This document shows positions 1 through 8,918 of a stretch of 64,000 nucleotides of DNA, in pieces (position 1 is the stretch's first letter; each line of letters opens with the position of its first letter). A program made the position numbers and the translations under genes. This stretch comes from Chloroflexota bacterium (GTDB lineage Bacteria; Chloroflexota; Dehalococcoidia; DSTF01; RBG-16-68-14): positions 16,578 to 80,577 of the forward strand of contig QIFC01000118.1 of the NCBI GenBank assembly GCA_003228685.1, read 5' to 3'. The notes beneath the pieces are model-generated. The model saw only the letters and a program-made list of their open reading frames with translations, was not told the origin of the DNA and ran no database searches.

Positions 1-815
1 CGGGCTGGGAAGGGACACTCGAAGCGACCACGGCCGCCGGGCACGCCACCGAACTCGCCCGCGCCGCCGCCCAGCGTGGCATCGATGCCGTCGTCGCGTG
101 CGGCGGCGACGGCACGATGAACGAGGTCGCGAACGGCCTCGCGGGTTCGGACACGGCGATGGCTACGGTGCGAGGGGGGACGGCCAACGTCTGGGCCAAG
201 GAGATCGGCGCGCCGAAGGATGCCGGCGAGGCCGTGCGCGTGTTGGCAGACGGCGAACTGCGCAGCATGGACCTGGGGCTGGCTGGCGAGCGCCACTTCC
301 TGCTGATGGCGGGCATCGGCTTCGACGCGAGCATCGTGCGGCGCGTCTCGCCGCGGCTGAAGCGCTGGAGCGGCGCCGTCGCGTACGCGGTGCCGGCCGT
401 CCTGCGGGCGTTCGGGCACAGGTCGGTAGCCGCAGACCTGATCGTGGATGAGGAGGCGCTATCGACGCCCCTCTACTGGCTGCTGTTGGGGAACACGCGT
501 AACTACGGGGGCGTCCTCAACTTGACTCATCAGGCGAAAGCCGATGATGGCCTGCTCGATATCTGTCTGCTACAGCACGGCGGCTTGCCGCGTCTGGCCT
601 GGCTGGCCCTCTGGGCGCTACTTCGCCGCCACCAGAACCGCGCCGAGGTAGTCTATCGCACGGCCGGCTCGGTCGACGTCCGCACGCCGGGCCTTCCGGT
701 GCAACTTGACGGCGACTACTTCGGAGAGACGCCCATGACGTTTAGCGTGGCGCCCGGCGCGCTGCGCGTGCTGGTACCGCCCGGGCAGGCGAGCGCGCTA
801 TTCTCGCCAAAATAG
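1..815 (+). CDS. Diacylglycerol/lipid kinase family protein (YegS/BmrU-like), 5' end outside window
   Basis: Frame 3 is open from base 3. The translation ...GIDAVVACGGDGTMNEVANG... carries the GGDGT motif of DAGK-type lipid kinases and continues into listed ORF 117..815. Stop TAG at 813-815. Confidence 0.8.
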   Translation, partial: GWEGTLEATTAAGHATELARAAAQRGIDAVVACGGDGTMNEVANGLAGSDTAMATVRGGTANVWAKEIGAPKDAGEAVRVLADGELRSMDLGLAGERHFLLMAGIGFDASIVRRVSPRLKRWSGAVAYAVPAVLRAFGHRSVAADLIVDEEALSTPLYWLLLGNTRNYGGVLNLTHQAKADDGLLDICLLQHGGLPRLAWLALWALLRRHQNRAEVVYRTAGSVDVRTPGLPVQLDGDYFGETPMTFSVAPGALRVLVPPGQASALFSPK

Positions 816-881
816 GCTAGCCTCTTGCAACTGCCAGAGCGACAGGCGTGGCGGGCTGCCATCGGTAGTGGTTCAGTTTGC

Positions 882-1067
882 TCAGCGCCAGAGCAGGTAG
901 CCAACCAATGCAAGACTCCCGGAAATGATAAGCGCGGCTATTCCAAAGACGCCATCGTCATAGATATAGCCTTCCACGACTTGCCGGTCGATTTCAATGA
1001 ACGTCCCATAGGCAATGACGGCGAGAGCCAGCACGAATAGACCGACCGAGAGAAACTTCCTTATCAT
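882..1067 (-). CDS. Small hypothetical membrane protein (61 aa)
   Basis: Internal ATG of ORF 882..1313 gives MIRKFLSVGLFVLALAVIAYG...IAALIISGSLALVGYLLWR, with two hydrophobic helices. It lies in a lower-GC 402-bp segment bracketed by a duplicated gene end. Confidence 0.4.
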   Translation of the reverse strand: MIRKFLSVGLFVLALAVIAYGTFIEIDRQVVEGYIYDDGVFGIAALIISGSLALVGYLLWR

Positions 1068-1204
1068 ACGTTCAAGCTTAACCCTTGGCGTTCTTCGAGC
1101 AATTCCACCATCTCCTCGATGCCATCCATGAACTTGACAACGCACATGTGTGGCGCCCGGCGCGCTGCGGGTCCTTGTGTCGCGCGGGCAGGCGAGCGCG
1201 CTCT

Positions 1205-2374
1205 TTAGCTGACTGGGGCGATCACGCCCGCCGATACGCGAAACACAGCCTGCGGCGTGATGTCCTCGGTGAAGCGATCGGCGTCCGCGGACGTGATCAG
1301 CAGCTGGTCCCACTCGCCTAAGGACGTGAGTACGGCTCGACGCCGCTCCTCGTCTAGCTCCGAGAGCACGTCATCCAGCAGCAACACAGGAACGTCGCCC
1401 CTGGTATCCGCCATGAAACGCGCTTCCGCCAGCCGCAGCGCGAGCGCGGCAGTGCGCTGCTGGCCGCGTGACGCGAACGCCGCCGCCGAGACCCCATCCA
1501 GCTCGATTGACACGTCGTCGCGGTGCGGGCCCGTCAGCGTCATGCCAGCGCCGATATCACGCGGCCGGTTGCGCGCGAGCGCGCTCTGCATGGCCGGCTT
1601 CAGGCCGGCGGCCTCTTGGCGGCAACGCGAGGCGTCCCAGCCTTCCAGCCGTGGCAGATACTCGCAGGCCAGCTCCTCAAGGCCACCGCTAAGGTTGCGA
1701 TGGGCAGACGCGGCGTGCGATGCCAACGCCTGCATCGCAGTTGCGCGCATGTCGATCAGCGTCGCACCGTGGCCACTCAACTCCAAGTCCCAGAAGTCGA
1801 GTTCGTTCGCGCCGGCCTCGCCAGATTGGATCCGCTTAAGCAGCGCGTTCCGCTGTGTAACGACCTTCCCATAGCGTTGGAGCGCCTGTGTGTAGGCAGA
1901 ATCGATCTGGCTGAGCATGACGTCCAGGTAGCGCCGGCGCGTCGAAGGCGAACCGCTGATCAACTCCATGTCATCGGTGGTGAAGAGCACGGCCATCAGT
2001 TGGCCAACGACGTCCGCCTGGCGCTTGGCGACGCCGTTCACGCGCAACCGTTTGGAGGCGGGCACGCGCGCCCTCTCTCCGGGACGCGGCCTGCCCACCA
2101 GAACGATCTCCAGCTCCAGCGGGCCGTCGTTGCGCTCCACGTCCGCGGTCACGCGCGCGACGGGCTGCGCCTCGTCGAGCGCGTCCCAGTGGATCAGGCC
2201 GCCGTCGGTCGGTACGCGGTCGGAGCGGGTCGTGGCGAGAAGAAAGGCCGCCTCCAATAGATTGCTCTTGCCCTGGGCGTTATCGCCCAAGATGAGCGTG
2301 CATCCCCGCGGCAGCTCCAGTTCGAGCGATCGATAGTTGCGGAAGTGAGAGAGCGTTAACCGCCGAATCCACAT
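1205..2374 (-). CDS. recF: DNA replication and repair protein RecF
   Basis: N-terminus MWIRRLTLSHFRNYRSLELELPRGCTLILGDNAQGKSNLLEA (Walker A GxxGxGKS/N) and C-terminal LLLDDVLSELD signature typical of RecF. 389 aa. Confidence 0.93.
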   Translation of the reverse strand: MWIRRLTLSHFRNYRSLELELPRGCTLILGDNAQGKSNLLEAAFLLATTRSDRVPTDGGLIHWDALDEAQPVARVTADVERNDGPLELEIVLVGRPRPGERARVPASKRLRVNGVAKRQADVVGQLMAVLFTTDDMELISGSPSTRRRYLDVMLSQIDSAYTQALQRYGKVVTQRNALLKRIQSGEAGANELDFWDLELSGHGATLIDMRATAMQALASHAASAHRNLSGGLEELACEYLPRLEGWDASRCRQEAAGLKPAMQSALARNRPRDIGAGMTLTGPHRDDVSIELDGVSAAAFASRGQQRTAALALRLAEARFMADTRGDVPVLLLDDVLSELDEERRRAVLTSLGEWDQLLITSADADRFTEDITPQAVFRVSAGVIAPVS

Positions 2375-2408
2375 CCCGGGCGGCCATCCTTGCCGTTTCG
2401 TGCGGCGT

Positions 2409-3275
2409 TCACGCGGTAGCGCCGCTATCGGGTTCGACGAAGCGCAGGCGAAGCTTGTCCGCCTCCGGACGTGATTCCTCGATCAATAGCTGCTCGCCGG
2501 TCGCATCGCGAAGACCGTCGACGATCTGGCGAGCGGCCAAGGGCGCGTTCAGCACGACCTCCAGAGAGGCCTCGCCGTTCTTGTACGCGACAACCGAAGC
2601 GCCCTCAGTCTGGGGCAGCCCGCTCAGGGCCCGTTGGACGTCCATGAGGCCCTGGAAGCCCGGCACCGCGGCGAGGACAACGCCCATCGGCGACGCGCCA
2701 GGCCGGAACTGTGGCTCAACCGGGGTGGCCGGCGCTGGAGCAGGCGCAGCGTGCGCCGCAGCGGGCGCTGGCTGGACCGGCTGCGTACTCGCCTCGCGGA
2801 GCGCGCGAGTGATCTCGTTCATGCGGCCTTCGACGCGGCCCGCCGTTTCGGCGAGATCGGACGCGCCGTCAGAGAGCCGCTCTGCCTGCGTCGTGAGACG
2901 GTCCAGGGTACCCTCGAGGCGCTCGAACATCTCGTTGATCGTGCGCTTGAGATCGGCCACCTCCAGGGAGGCGTCGGCCCCGGACGCCACGTCCGCCTTG
3001 GCCGATTCCTGTACCTGGTTCTCAAGCGCCTCGAGCATTGACTCGAAGTGTTCCAGGGTCTGCTCAAGGTTCTCGGCCGCTTCGGCCGCGGAGTGGTCGG
3101 GCGCGGGCATCATCGATGTCGATGCCTGTCCTTCGTTCTTGGTCGTAGGCTTGGTAGTCACAACACTACCTCCGAATAACTGGCTGGCGACGCGCAGGAG
3201 TAGGCTACCGATCGAGCCACGCCGCCCGCGTGAACTCGAACGCGCCTCTACGTCCGAACCCGTCTTCTCCACCAT
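2409..3275 (-). CDS. Hypothetical protein, coiled-coil/acidic middle region
   Basis: 288-aa ORF with coding-like composition that fills the gap between recF and a divergent promoter. I recognise no family. Confidence 0.5.
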   Translation of the reverse strand: MVEKTGSDVEARSSSRGRRGSIGSLLLRVASQLFGGSVVTTKPTTKNEGQASTSMMPAPDHSAAEAAENLEQTLEHFESMLEALENQVQESAKADVASGADASLEVADLKRTINEMFERLEGTLDRLTTQAERLSDGASDLAETAGRVEGRMNEITRALREASTQPVQPAPAAAHAAPAPAPATPVEPQFRPGASPMGVVLAAVPGFQGLMDVQRALSGLPQTEGASVVAYKNGEASLEVVLNAPLAARQIVDGLRDATGEQLLIEESRPEADKLRLRFVEPDSGATA

Positions 3276-3468
3276 CGTGCATCAATCGTGGTCATGGGTG
3301 CGGAATCTCGTACGTCTAATGGAGTATCGGCAGCCACGCCACACCCCTATAACGAGACTGACTCGCCATTATAACAGAGCCCCGGCAACGGTAGCGCAGC
3401 TTGACACGCCCGACGCCCTTATCTACCATAGGCAACTCCAGTTCGTGTACAGAGAGGATCCACCGCCC

Positions 3469-3945
3469 ATGGACGAGCTAGCTAAGAAGACCGCGCTCCG
3501 AATGATCCCGTACGGGCTCTACGTTCTCGGCTCGAACGATGGCGACGGACTGAGTGCCGCGGCGATCAACTGGGTTACTCAGGCATCGTTCCAGCCGCCT
3601 CTGCTCGCCATGGGCGTCAAGGCCGATAGCACGATCTTCGAGCACCTGCGACCAAGGAGCGAATTCGCGCTGAGCGTCCTCGGCACCGGGCAGAAGGACA
3701 TTGCGTTTGCGTTTTTCAAGCCCACGGAACAGCACGGCAAGACCATCAACGGCTACGCGTACGAGACTCAAGAGAGCGGTGCGCCCATTCTCGCCGACGC
3801 GCCGGCCTGGGTAGAGGGGCGCGTGACCGACATCGTCGAGCGCGGCGATCACGCCGTGGTCGTCGCGGAGGTGTTCAACGCGGGAGTGCGGCGCGAATCC
3901 GCGGTCCTGACCTTGGCCGAGTGCGGGGTTAACTACGGCGGCTAG
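3469..3945 (+). CDS. Flavin reductase-like domain protein
   Basis: ATG at 3469 within ORF 2455..3945. MDELAKKTALRMIPYGLYVLGSNDGDGLSAAAINWVTQASFQPPLLAMGV... matches the flavin reductase (FMN-binding split barrel) pattern. The upstream part of the long ORF is antisense to gene 2409..3275. Confidence 0.8.
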   Translation: MDELAKKTALRMIPYGLYVLGSNDGDGLSAAAINWVTQASFQPPLLAMGVKADSTIFEHLRPRSEFALSVLGTGQKDIAFAFFKPTEQHGKTINGYAYETQESGAPILADAPAWVEGRVTDIVERGDHAVVVAEVFNAGVRRESAVLTLAECGVNYGG

Positions 3946-4072
3946 CGAGCCAGCAGTGCTAAGCCCAGACTAACAACCCTGCATGCCAAAGCCGGCTCGA
4001 TCCTCTATAATGCGTCGGGTTCACGAATCCAAAGAACGACGCTGTTAGCATTACCGAACCGAGGTCTGCCTT

Positions 4073-5053
4073 ATGCATCATCCACTCCACACGCCCATCT
4101 GCGACTACTTCGGCATTGAGTATCCGATCTTCCTGGCCGGCATGGGCGGCGTCTCCGCGTCCGCGCTGACGGCGGCAGTTTCGAATGCGGGCGGCCTCGG
4201 CATCCTGGGCGGCGCCACCATGGACGACGCGCTCCTCCGGGAAGAGATCAAGAAGACCAAGGAGCTGACGGACAAGCCGTTCGCCGTCGATCTGCTGGCG
4301 CCGATCCCTGACATGATCCGGTCCCAGATCGAGATCATCTTTGAAGAGGACATCCGCATCTTCGTCGCCGGGCTCGCCGTACCGGCCGAGTTCATCGAAG
4401 AGATGCACGCACGCGACATGAAGGTCGTCGTGATGTGCGGCAAGGTGCGCCACGCTGAGAAGTCGGAGGCAATGGGCGCGGACGTCGTCGCCGCGCAGGG
4501 CACGGAGGCGGGCGGCCACACCGGCGAGATTGGCGGGATGGCGCTGATCCCGCAGACGGTGGAGGCGGTCAACATCCCGGTGCTTGCGGCGGGCGGCTTG
4601 GTGAACGGCCGCGGGCTGATCGCCGCGCTCGCGCTGGGCGCGCAGGGCGCCATCTTCGGGACGCGTTTCATCGCGACTCCGGAGGCGCAGGCCGCGCCGG
4701 GCTACCAGGAAGCGCTCGTCGCCGCGAAGGACGACTCGACGGTACGTTCGCGCTCCTACACCGGCAAGCCGGCGCGCGCCCTCCGCACAGAGCGGACGGA
4801 TGAGTGGGAGGCGAAGGCCGACGAAATCCAAGCGTTCCCGATGCAGGCAGGCATCTCAGCCCGCGAAGGCGTGATGGACTACATGGGGCGCGGCGATCAC
4901 TTCGATCCGAACCGCATGTTCATGCCGTCCGGGCAAGGGGTAGGCCTGATCCACGAAATGAAGCCCGCCGCTGAGATCTTCGCCGACATCGTCAGTGAAG
5001 CAGAAGAGACGCTACTCAAGCTGACCAAGCTGGCCGCACCCGCGAAGGTGTAG
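4073..5053 (+). CDS. Nitronate monooxygenase / FabK-like FMN oxidoreductase
   Basis: ICDYFGIEYPIFLAGMGGVSASALTAAVSNAGGLGILGG and ...AQGTEAGGHTG... are NMO (2-nitropropane dioxygenase) family hallmarks. Confidence 0.85.
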   Translation: MHHPLHTPICDYFGIEYPIFLAGMGGVSASALTAAVSNAGGLGILGGATMDDALLREEIKKTKELTDKPFAVDLLAPIPDMIRSQIEIIFEEDIRIFVAGLAVPAEFIEEMHARDMKVVVMCGKVRHAEKSEAMGADVVAAQGTEAGGHTGEIGGMALIPQTVEAVNIPVLAAGGLVNGRGLIAALALGAQGAIFGTRFIATPEAQAAPGYQEALVAAKDDSTVRSRSYTGKPARALRTERTDEWEAKADEIQAFPMQAGISAREGVMDYMGRGDHFDPNRMFMPSGQGVGLIHEMKPAAEIFADIVSEAEETLLKLTKLAAPAKV

Positions 5054-5085
5054 CGAAGCGCAGTCTGACGAGAAGGACCGCGTCA

Positions 5086-5457
5086 GTGAAGTTTATGATC
5101 TCCTTCACGCATACCACCGGCGAGTGGGCGGACCGCGTGCCGCGCTGGGCAGAGCTTTCCGACGAAGAAAAGCAGGGCGTTGCCGGCCACCTCAAGGAAG
5201 CCATGGACGCGCTGGAGACCGAGCAGGGAACCACGATGGTCTTCTTCGATGCGCCCGAGAACGCGCGCACGGTGCGCATGCACAAGGACGGTTCGCTCGA
5301 TGTCGAGGAGAACGCGCTCATGAACGGTGCTGAGTTCGTGGGAGGCTACTTCATCATCGAGGTCGACTCCATGGACGAAGCGTTGGACTGGGCGAAGCGG
5401 ACCCGCTGGCTCGTGGGCTCAAACGAAGTCCGCGAGATCAAGGAGCTGCAGCTTTAG
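5086..5457 (+). CDS. YciI-like (YCII-related) domain protein
   Basis: 123 aa. The C-terminal ...GGYFIIEVDSMDEALDWAKR... is typical of the YCII family. GTG start. Confidence 0.65.
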   Translation: MKFMISFTHTTGEWADRVPRWAELSDEEKQGVAGHLKEAMDALETEQGTTMVFFDAPENARTVRMHKDGSLDVEENALMNGAEFVGGYFIIEVDSMDEALDWAKRTRWLVGSNEVREIKELQL

Positions 5458-5479
5458 AACCCGCGCTCGGGAGGCATAG

Positions 5480-6646
5480 ATGGACTTTTCTTTCAGCCCA
5501 GAGGACGAGGCGTTCCGCGAGGAGGTGCGCGCGTTCATCCGCGAGGAGCTGGGCGACCGCGACATCATCCGGGGCGGCAACCTCGATGCCTGGAAAGCGT
5601 ACCGGCAATTCATCCAGAAGCTTGCCGGCCGCGGCTGGCTAACGCTCGCGTGGCCGGAGGAGTGGGGCGGCCAGGGCGCCAGCCACATCAAGCAACTCGT
5701 ATACAACGAAGAGATGGCGCTGGCCGAAGCGCCCGCGACCGACTTGGGCAGCGACCGCGTGGGGCCGACGATCATGCTCTACGGGACCGACGATCAGAAG
5801 GAGAAGTTCCTACCGCCCATCGTGAAGGGCGAAGTGGTCTGGTGCCAGGGCTTCTCAGAGCCGGGCTCCGGCTCCGACCTCGCGTCGCTCCAGACCAAGG
5901 CGGCGCTGGACGGCGACGAGTTCGTGATCAACGGCAGCAAGATCTGGACCAGCCTGGCCCACTTCGCGGAGTGGATCATCCTGCTCGTGCGCACGGACCA
6001 GGACGCGCCGAAGCACAGGGGCATCTCCTACCTTCTCGTCGACATGAAGACGCCGGGCGTGGAAGTGCGGCCGCTGGTCGACATGCTGGGGCGCCATCAG
6101 TTCAACGAAGTCTTCTTCGACAACGTCCGTGTACCGCGCGACGCCCTCGTGGGCGAGATGAACCGCGGTTGGTACGTCGCCACCGCCACGCTCGATTTCG
6201 AGCGCTCGGGCATCGGGCGCGTGATCGGCAGCCGCAAGACATACGAACAGCTCGTCACGTACACGCGTGAGACGACGCGAGGCGGCACGGCGCTGATCGA
6301 GCACCCCCTGGTGCGAGCCAAACTGGCCGACTTGCGGATCGAGTTCGAGGTCGGCAAGAACCTCTCGTACCGCGTCGCGTGGATGCAGAACCAGAACCTG
6401 ATACCGAACTACGAGGCCTCCGTTTCGAAGATGTTCGGGTCGGAGCTATCGCAACGGCTCGCGAACGCCGGCATCGAGATCATGGGCCTGGGCGGCCAAC
6501 TCGCTCCGGGCTCCCCTTGGGCGCCGCTGGCCGGCAAGTTCGAGACGCTCTACCTCAACTCCGCCGCGCTTACCGTCGCGGCCGGCACGAGCGAGATCCA
6601 GCGCAACATCATCGCAGGCCGCGGGCTAGGCCTGCCGCGAGACTAG
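5480..6646 (+). CDS. Acyl-CoA dehydrogenase family protein
   Basis: 388 aa. WCQGFSEPGSGSDLASLQT..., ...INGSKIWTS... and C-terminal ...TSEIQRNIIA... are ACAD motifs. Confidence 0.9.
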   Translation: MDFSFSPEDEAFREEVRAFIREELGDRDIIRGGNLDAWKAYRQFIQKLAGRGWLTLAWPEEWGGQGASHIKQLVYNEEMALAEAPATDLGSDRVGPTIMLYGTDDQKEKFLPPIVKGEVVWCQGFSEPGSGSDLASLQTKAALDGDEFVINGSKIWTSLAHFAEWIILLVRTDQDAPKHRGISYLLVDMKTPGVEVRPLVDMLGRHQFNEVFFDNVRVPRDALVGEMNRGWYVATATLDFERSGIGRVIGSRKTYEQLVTYTRETTRGGTALIEHPLVRAKLADLRIEFEVGKNLSYRVAWMQNQNLIPNYEASVSKMFGSELSQRLANAGIEIMGLGGQLAPGSPWAPLAGKFETLYLNSAALTVAAGTSEIQRNIIAGRGLGLPRD

Positions 6647-6654
6647 GCCTACCA

Positions 6655-7206
6655 ACGAACGCCGACGCAGTCCGATACCGACTCGCGATCGCCTCTGACG
6701 CCCCAGCCATCGCGCACCTCCACGCCGAAAGCTGGCGCGTGGCGTACCGCGGGATGTTCCCTGACGACTTCTTCGACAACGACGCCGACGACGACCGCGC
6801 CAGGGTATGGCAGGAGCGATTCGCGGATCCGGACCGCGAGACGACAACGATCACCGTCCTCGCCGAGGGCGGTGGCGAGCTGGCCGGCTTCGCGCACTCG
6901 ATCATCGACGAGGACGCGACGCATGGGACGCTGCTCGATAACCTGCACGTGCGGCTAGACGCGCATCGGCTCGGCATTGGAAGGCGCCTGATGGCCGAGA
7001 CGGCGGAGCGCCTGGCCACACTCGGAAGGTCCACGCTGTACCTATGGGTGCTCGAAGACAACGCCACAGCGCGCGCATTCTACAAAGCCCTCCGCGGCGA
7101 GGAGTGCGGACGCGGGTCGGTCGCCGACGGACCTTCCAATCCATCGCTTCCAGCAGTTCCCAGCCTGCGGATCTGCTGGCCCTCGCTCGACCGCCTGGCT
7201 CTCTAG
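6655..7206 (+). CDS. GNAT family N-acetyltransferase (start codon not identifiable)
   Basis: VRYRLAIASDAPAIAHLHAESW...LHVRLDAHRLGIGRRLMAE...LWVLEDNATARAFYKALRG shows the GNAT fold pattern. There is no in-frame ATG/GTG/TTG between the ACAD stop (6644-6646) and the conserved N-terminal strand, so the 5' coordinate is approximate. Confidence 0.6.
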   Translation, partial: TNADAVRYRLAIASDAPAIAHLHAESWRVAYRGMFPDDFFDNDADDDRARVWQERFADPDRETTTITVLAEGGGELAGFAHSIIDEDATHGTLLDNLHVRLDAHRLGIGRRLMAETAERLATLGRSTLYLWVLEDNATARAFYKALRGEECGRGSVADGPSNPSLPAVPSLRICWPSLDRLAL

Positions 7207-7255
7207 CGCCGGCCTACTGGAGAAGTTGGTGCTATAGCAGGTATGCTCTTCGAAT

Positions 7256-8368
7256 ATGAGCCTTCCCGCCACCTCCCGGGCGATCGTCCAGACCGGCAAG
7301 CGAGCGCTGGAGCTGCGAGAGCTGCCGATCCCGAAGTCGATCGCGCCTGACGCGGGGTTGCTCCGGCTGGACGCCTGCGGCATCTGCGGCTCCGACTACG
7401 AGCAGTACCAGGGTGTCATGGGCGGCCTGCCGTTCCCGCTGATCCCCGGCCACGAGCCGGTCGGCACGATCATGGAGGCCGGCGACATCGCCGCCCAGCG
7501 CTGGGGCGTCCAGGCAGGCGACCGAGTCGCTGTCGAAACGCTGCTGCCGTGCGGCTTCTGCCGCCAGTGCAGGGGCGGCCAGTACCGGCTCTGCAGCGGC
7601 CGCCGCGGCCTCAACGGCTACGGTTATTTGGGCATCGATACGCCGCCCGGGCTATGGGGCGGGTTCGCCGAGTACATGCACCTGGACCCGCACACGATCC
7701 TCCACAAGTTGCCAGACCACGTGACACCGGAAATCGCGACGCTCTTCAACCCGCTGGGCGCGGGCATCCGCTGGGCCGTCCAGATCCCGGGCACGAAGAT
7801 CGGCGATACGGTGGTGATCCTCGGGCCCGGGCAGCGGGGCCTCGCGAGCGTGATCGCGACAACCGAGGCGGGAGCGGGATGCATCATCGTTACGGGCCTG
7901 AGCGCCGACGAGGGCAAGCTAAAGCTTGCTGAGGAGTTCGGCGCGCACCACACGATCGACGTCGAGCGCGAGGATGTCGTGCAGCGCGTCCGCGAGATCA
8001 CGGACGGCAGCATGGCAGACATCGCGATCGATGTCTCCGCGTACGCCACGGAGCCCGTGACGCAGGCGATCGACGTGGTGCGGCGAGGAGGCACCGTGGT
8101 GCTGGCCGGCATGAAGGGCCCGCGCCCCGTGGAGAACTTCTACAACGACAAGGTGATGGGCAAGGAGCTGACGATCCACGGGGCGTTCGGCGTCGATTTC
8201 CACGCGTATGAGCCGGCGATCCAGCTCATCGCGTCAGGCAAGTACCCGCTGGAGAAGATGCACACGCACACGCTGCCGCTGGATGAGGCGGAGCGAGCGA
8301 TCCAGATCCTGGCCAGAGAAGTGCCCGGAGAAGAAGCGATCCACATCGCCCTCGTGCCGCATGCCTGA
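7256..8368 (+). CDS. Zinc-dependent alcohol dehydrogenase (MDR family)
   Basis: CGICGSDYEQY..., GHEPVG, a structural-zinc Cys cluster CGFCRQCRGGQYRLC, and the GPGQRGL Rossmann motif. Confidence 0.85.
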   Translation: MSLPATSRAIVQTGKRALELRELPIPKSIAPDAGLLRLDACGICGSDYEQYQGVMGGLPFPLIPGHEPVGTIMEAGDIAAQRWGVQAGDRVAVETLLPCGFCRQCRGGQYRLCSGRRGLNGYGYLGIDTPPGLWGGFAEYMHLDPHTILHKLPDHVTPEIATLFNPLGAGIRWAVQIPGTKIGDTVVILGPGQRGLASVIATTEAGAGCIIVTGLSADEGKLKLAEEFGAHHTIDVEREDVVQRVREITDGSMADIAIDVSAYATEPVTQAIDVVRRGGTVVLAGMKGPRPVENFYNDKVMGKELTIHGAFGVDFHAYEPAIQLIASGKYPLEKMHTHTLPLDEAERAIQILAREVPGEEAIHIALVPHA

Positions 8369-8401
8369 GCATGATGCCTCGACAGGTTCGACCGGCGCAT
8401 G

Positions 8402-8449
8402 CTTCGACAAGCTCAGCATGGAGAGCAGGCCATCCTGAGCCTGTCGAAG
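8402..8449. repeat. Intergenic 20-bp-arm imperfect palindrome (REP-like)
   Basis: CTTCGACAAGCTCAGCATGG - 8 nt - CCATCCTGAGCCTGTCGAAG. 18 of 20 arm positions are complementary. It lies between the ADH and thioesterase genes. Confidence 0.7.
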
Positions 8450-8483
8450 GATGGGTCTACCAGCCACGTGACGGGAGGAGCCA

Positions 8484-8918
8484 ATGACGCTAACCGACGA
8501 GAACAAGGAGCGCATGACGAAGGTCATCGCGATGACGCCGTACATGGTGCACCTGGGGATGGAACTGGTCGACGCCAGCGACAGCTACGCGAAGCTGAAG
8601 CTGCGCTACCAAGATGAGAACTCGACGGCCGCGAAGGCGCTCCACGGCGGCGCGATCGCGTCGCTGATCGACACCACGGGCGCGATGGCTGCGTGGACAA
8701 CGGCTGAGATCGCTACGCCGAAGTACTTCGGTTCCACGGTGGGCGTCACCGTAAACTACCTCTCCGCCGTCATCGGTCAGGACTGCTTCGCCGAGGGCAC
8801 CGTGCTCAAGCGTGGCAAAGAGGTGATCTACGCCGAGGTGAAGGTCACCAACGCGGACGGAAAGCTCTGCGCGCAGGGGACCGTCATCTATCGGATAATC
8901 GAACGGGAGCCGCGCTGA
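8484..8918 (+). CDS. PaaI-family hotdog-fold thioesterase
   Basis: 144 aa. ...ALHGGAIASLIDTTGAMAAW... and ...GKEVIYAEVKVTNADGKLCAQGTVIY... are typical of PaaI/YbgC-like thioesterases. Confidence 0.8.
   Translation: MTLTDENKERMTKVIAMTPYMVHLGMELVDASDSYAKLKLRYQDENSTAAKALHGGAIASLIDTTGAMAAWTTAEIATPKYFGSTVGVTVNYLSAVIGQDCFAEGTVLKRGKEVIYAEVKVTNADGKLCAQGTVIYRIIEREPR

Noticed and set aside
2455-3468. N-terminal 338 codons of the 496-aa ORF 2455..3945
   Set aside because: This part is antisense to gene 2409..3275 and is Ser/Arg-rich. Flavin-reductase homology starts only at the ATG at 3469.
4008-4030. tRNA-like T-arm sequence GGGTTCACGAATCC
   Set aside because: No acceptor, D or anticodon stems can be drawn from the flanking sequence. 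It lies in a promoter region with a TATAAT box.
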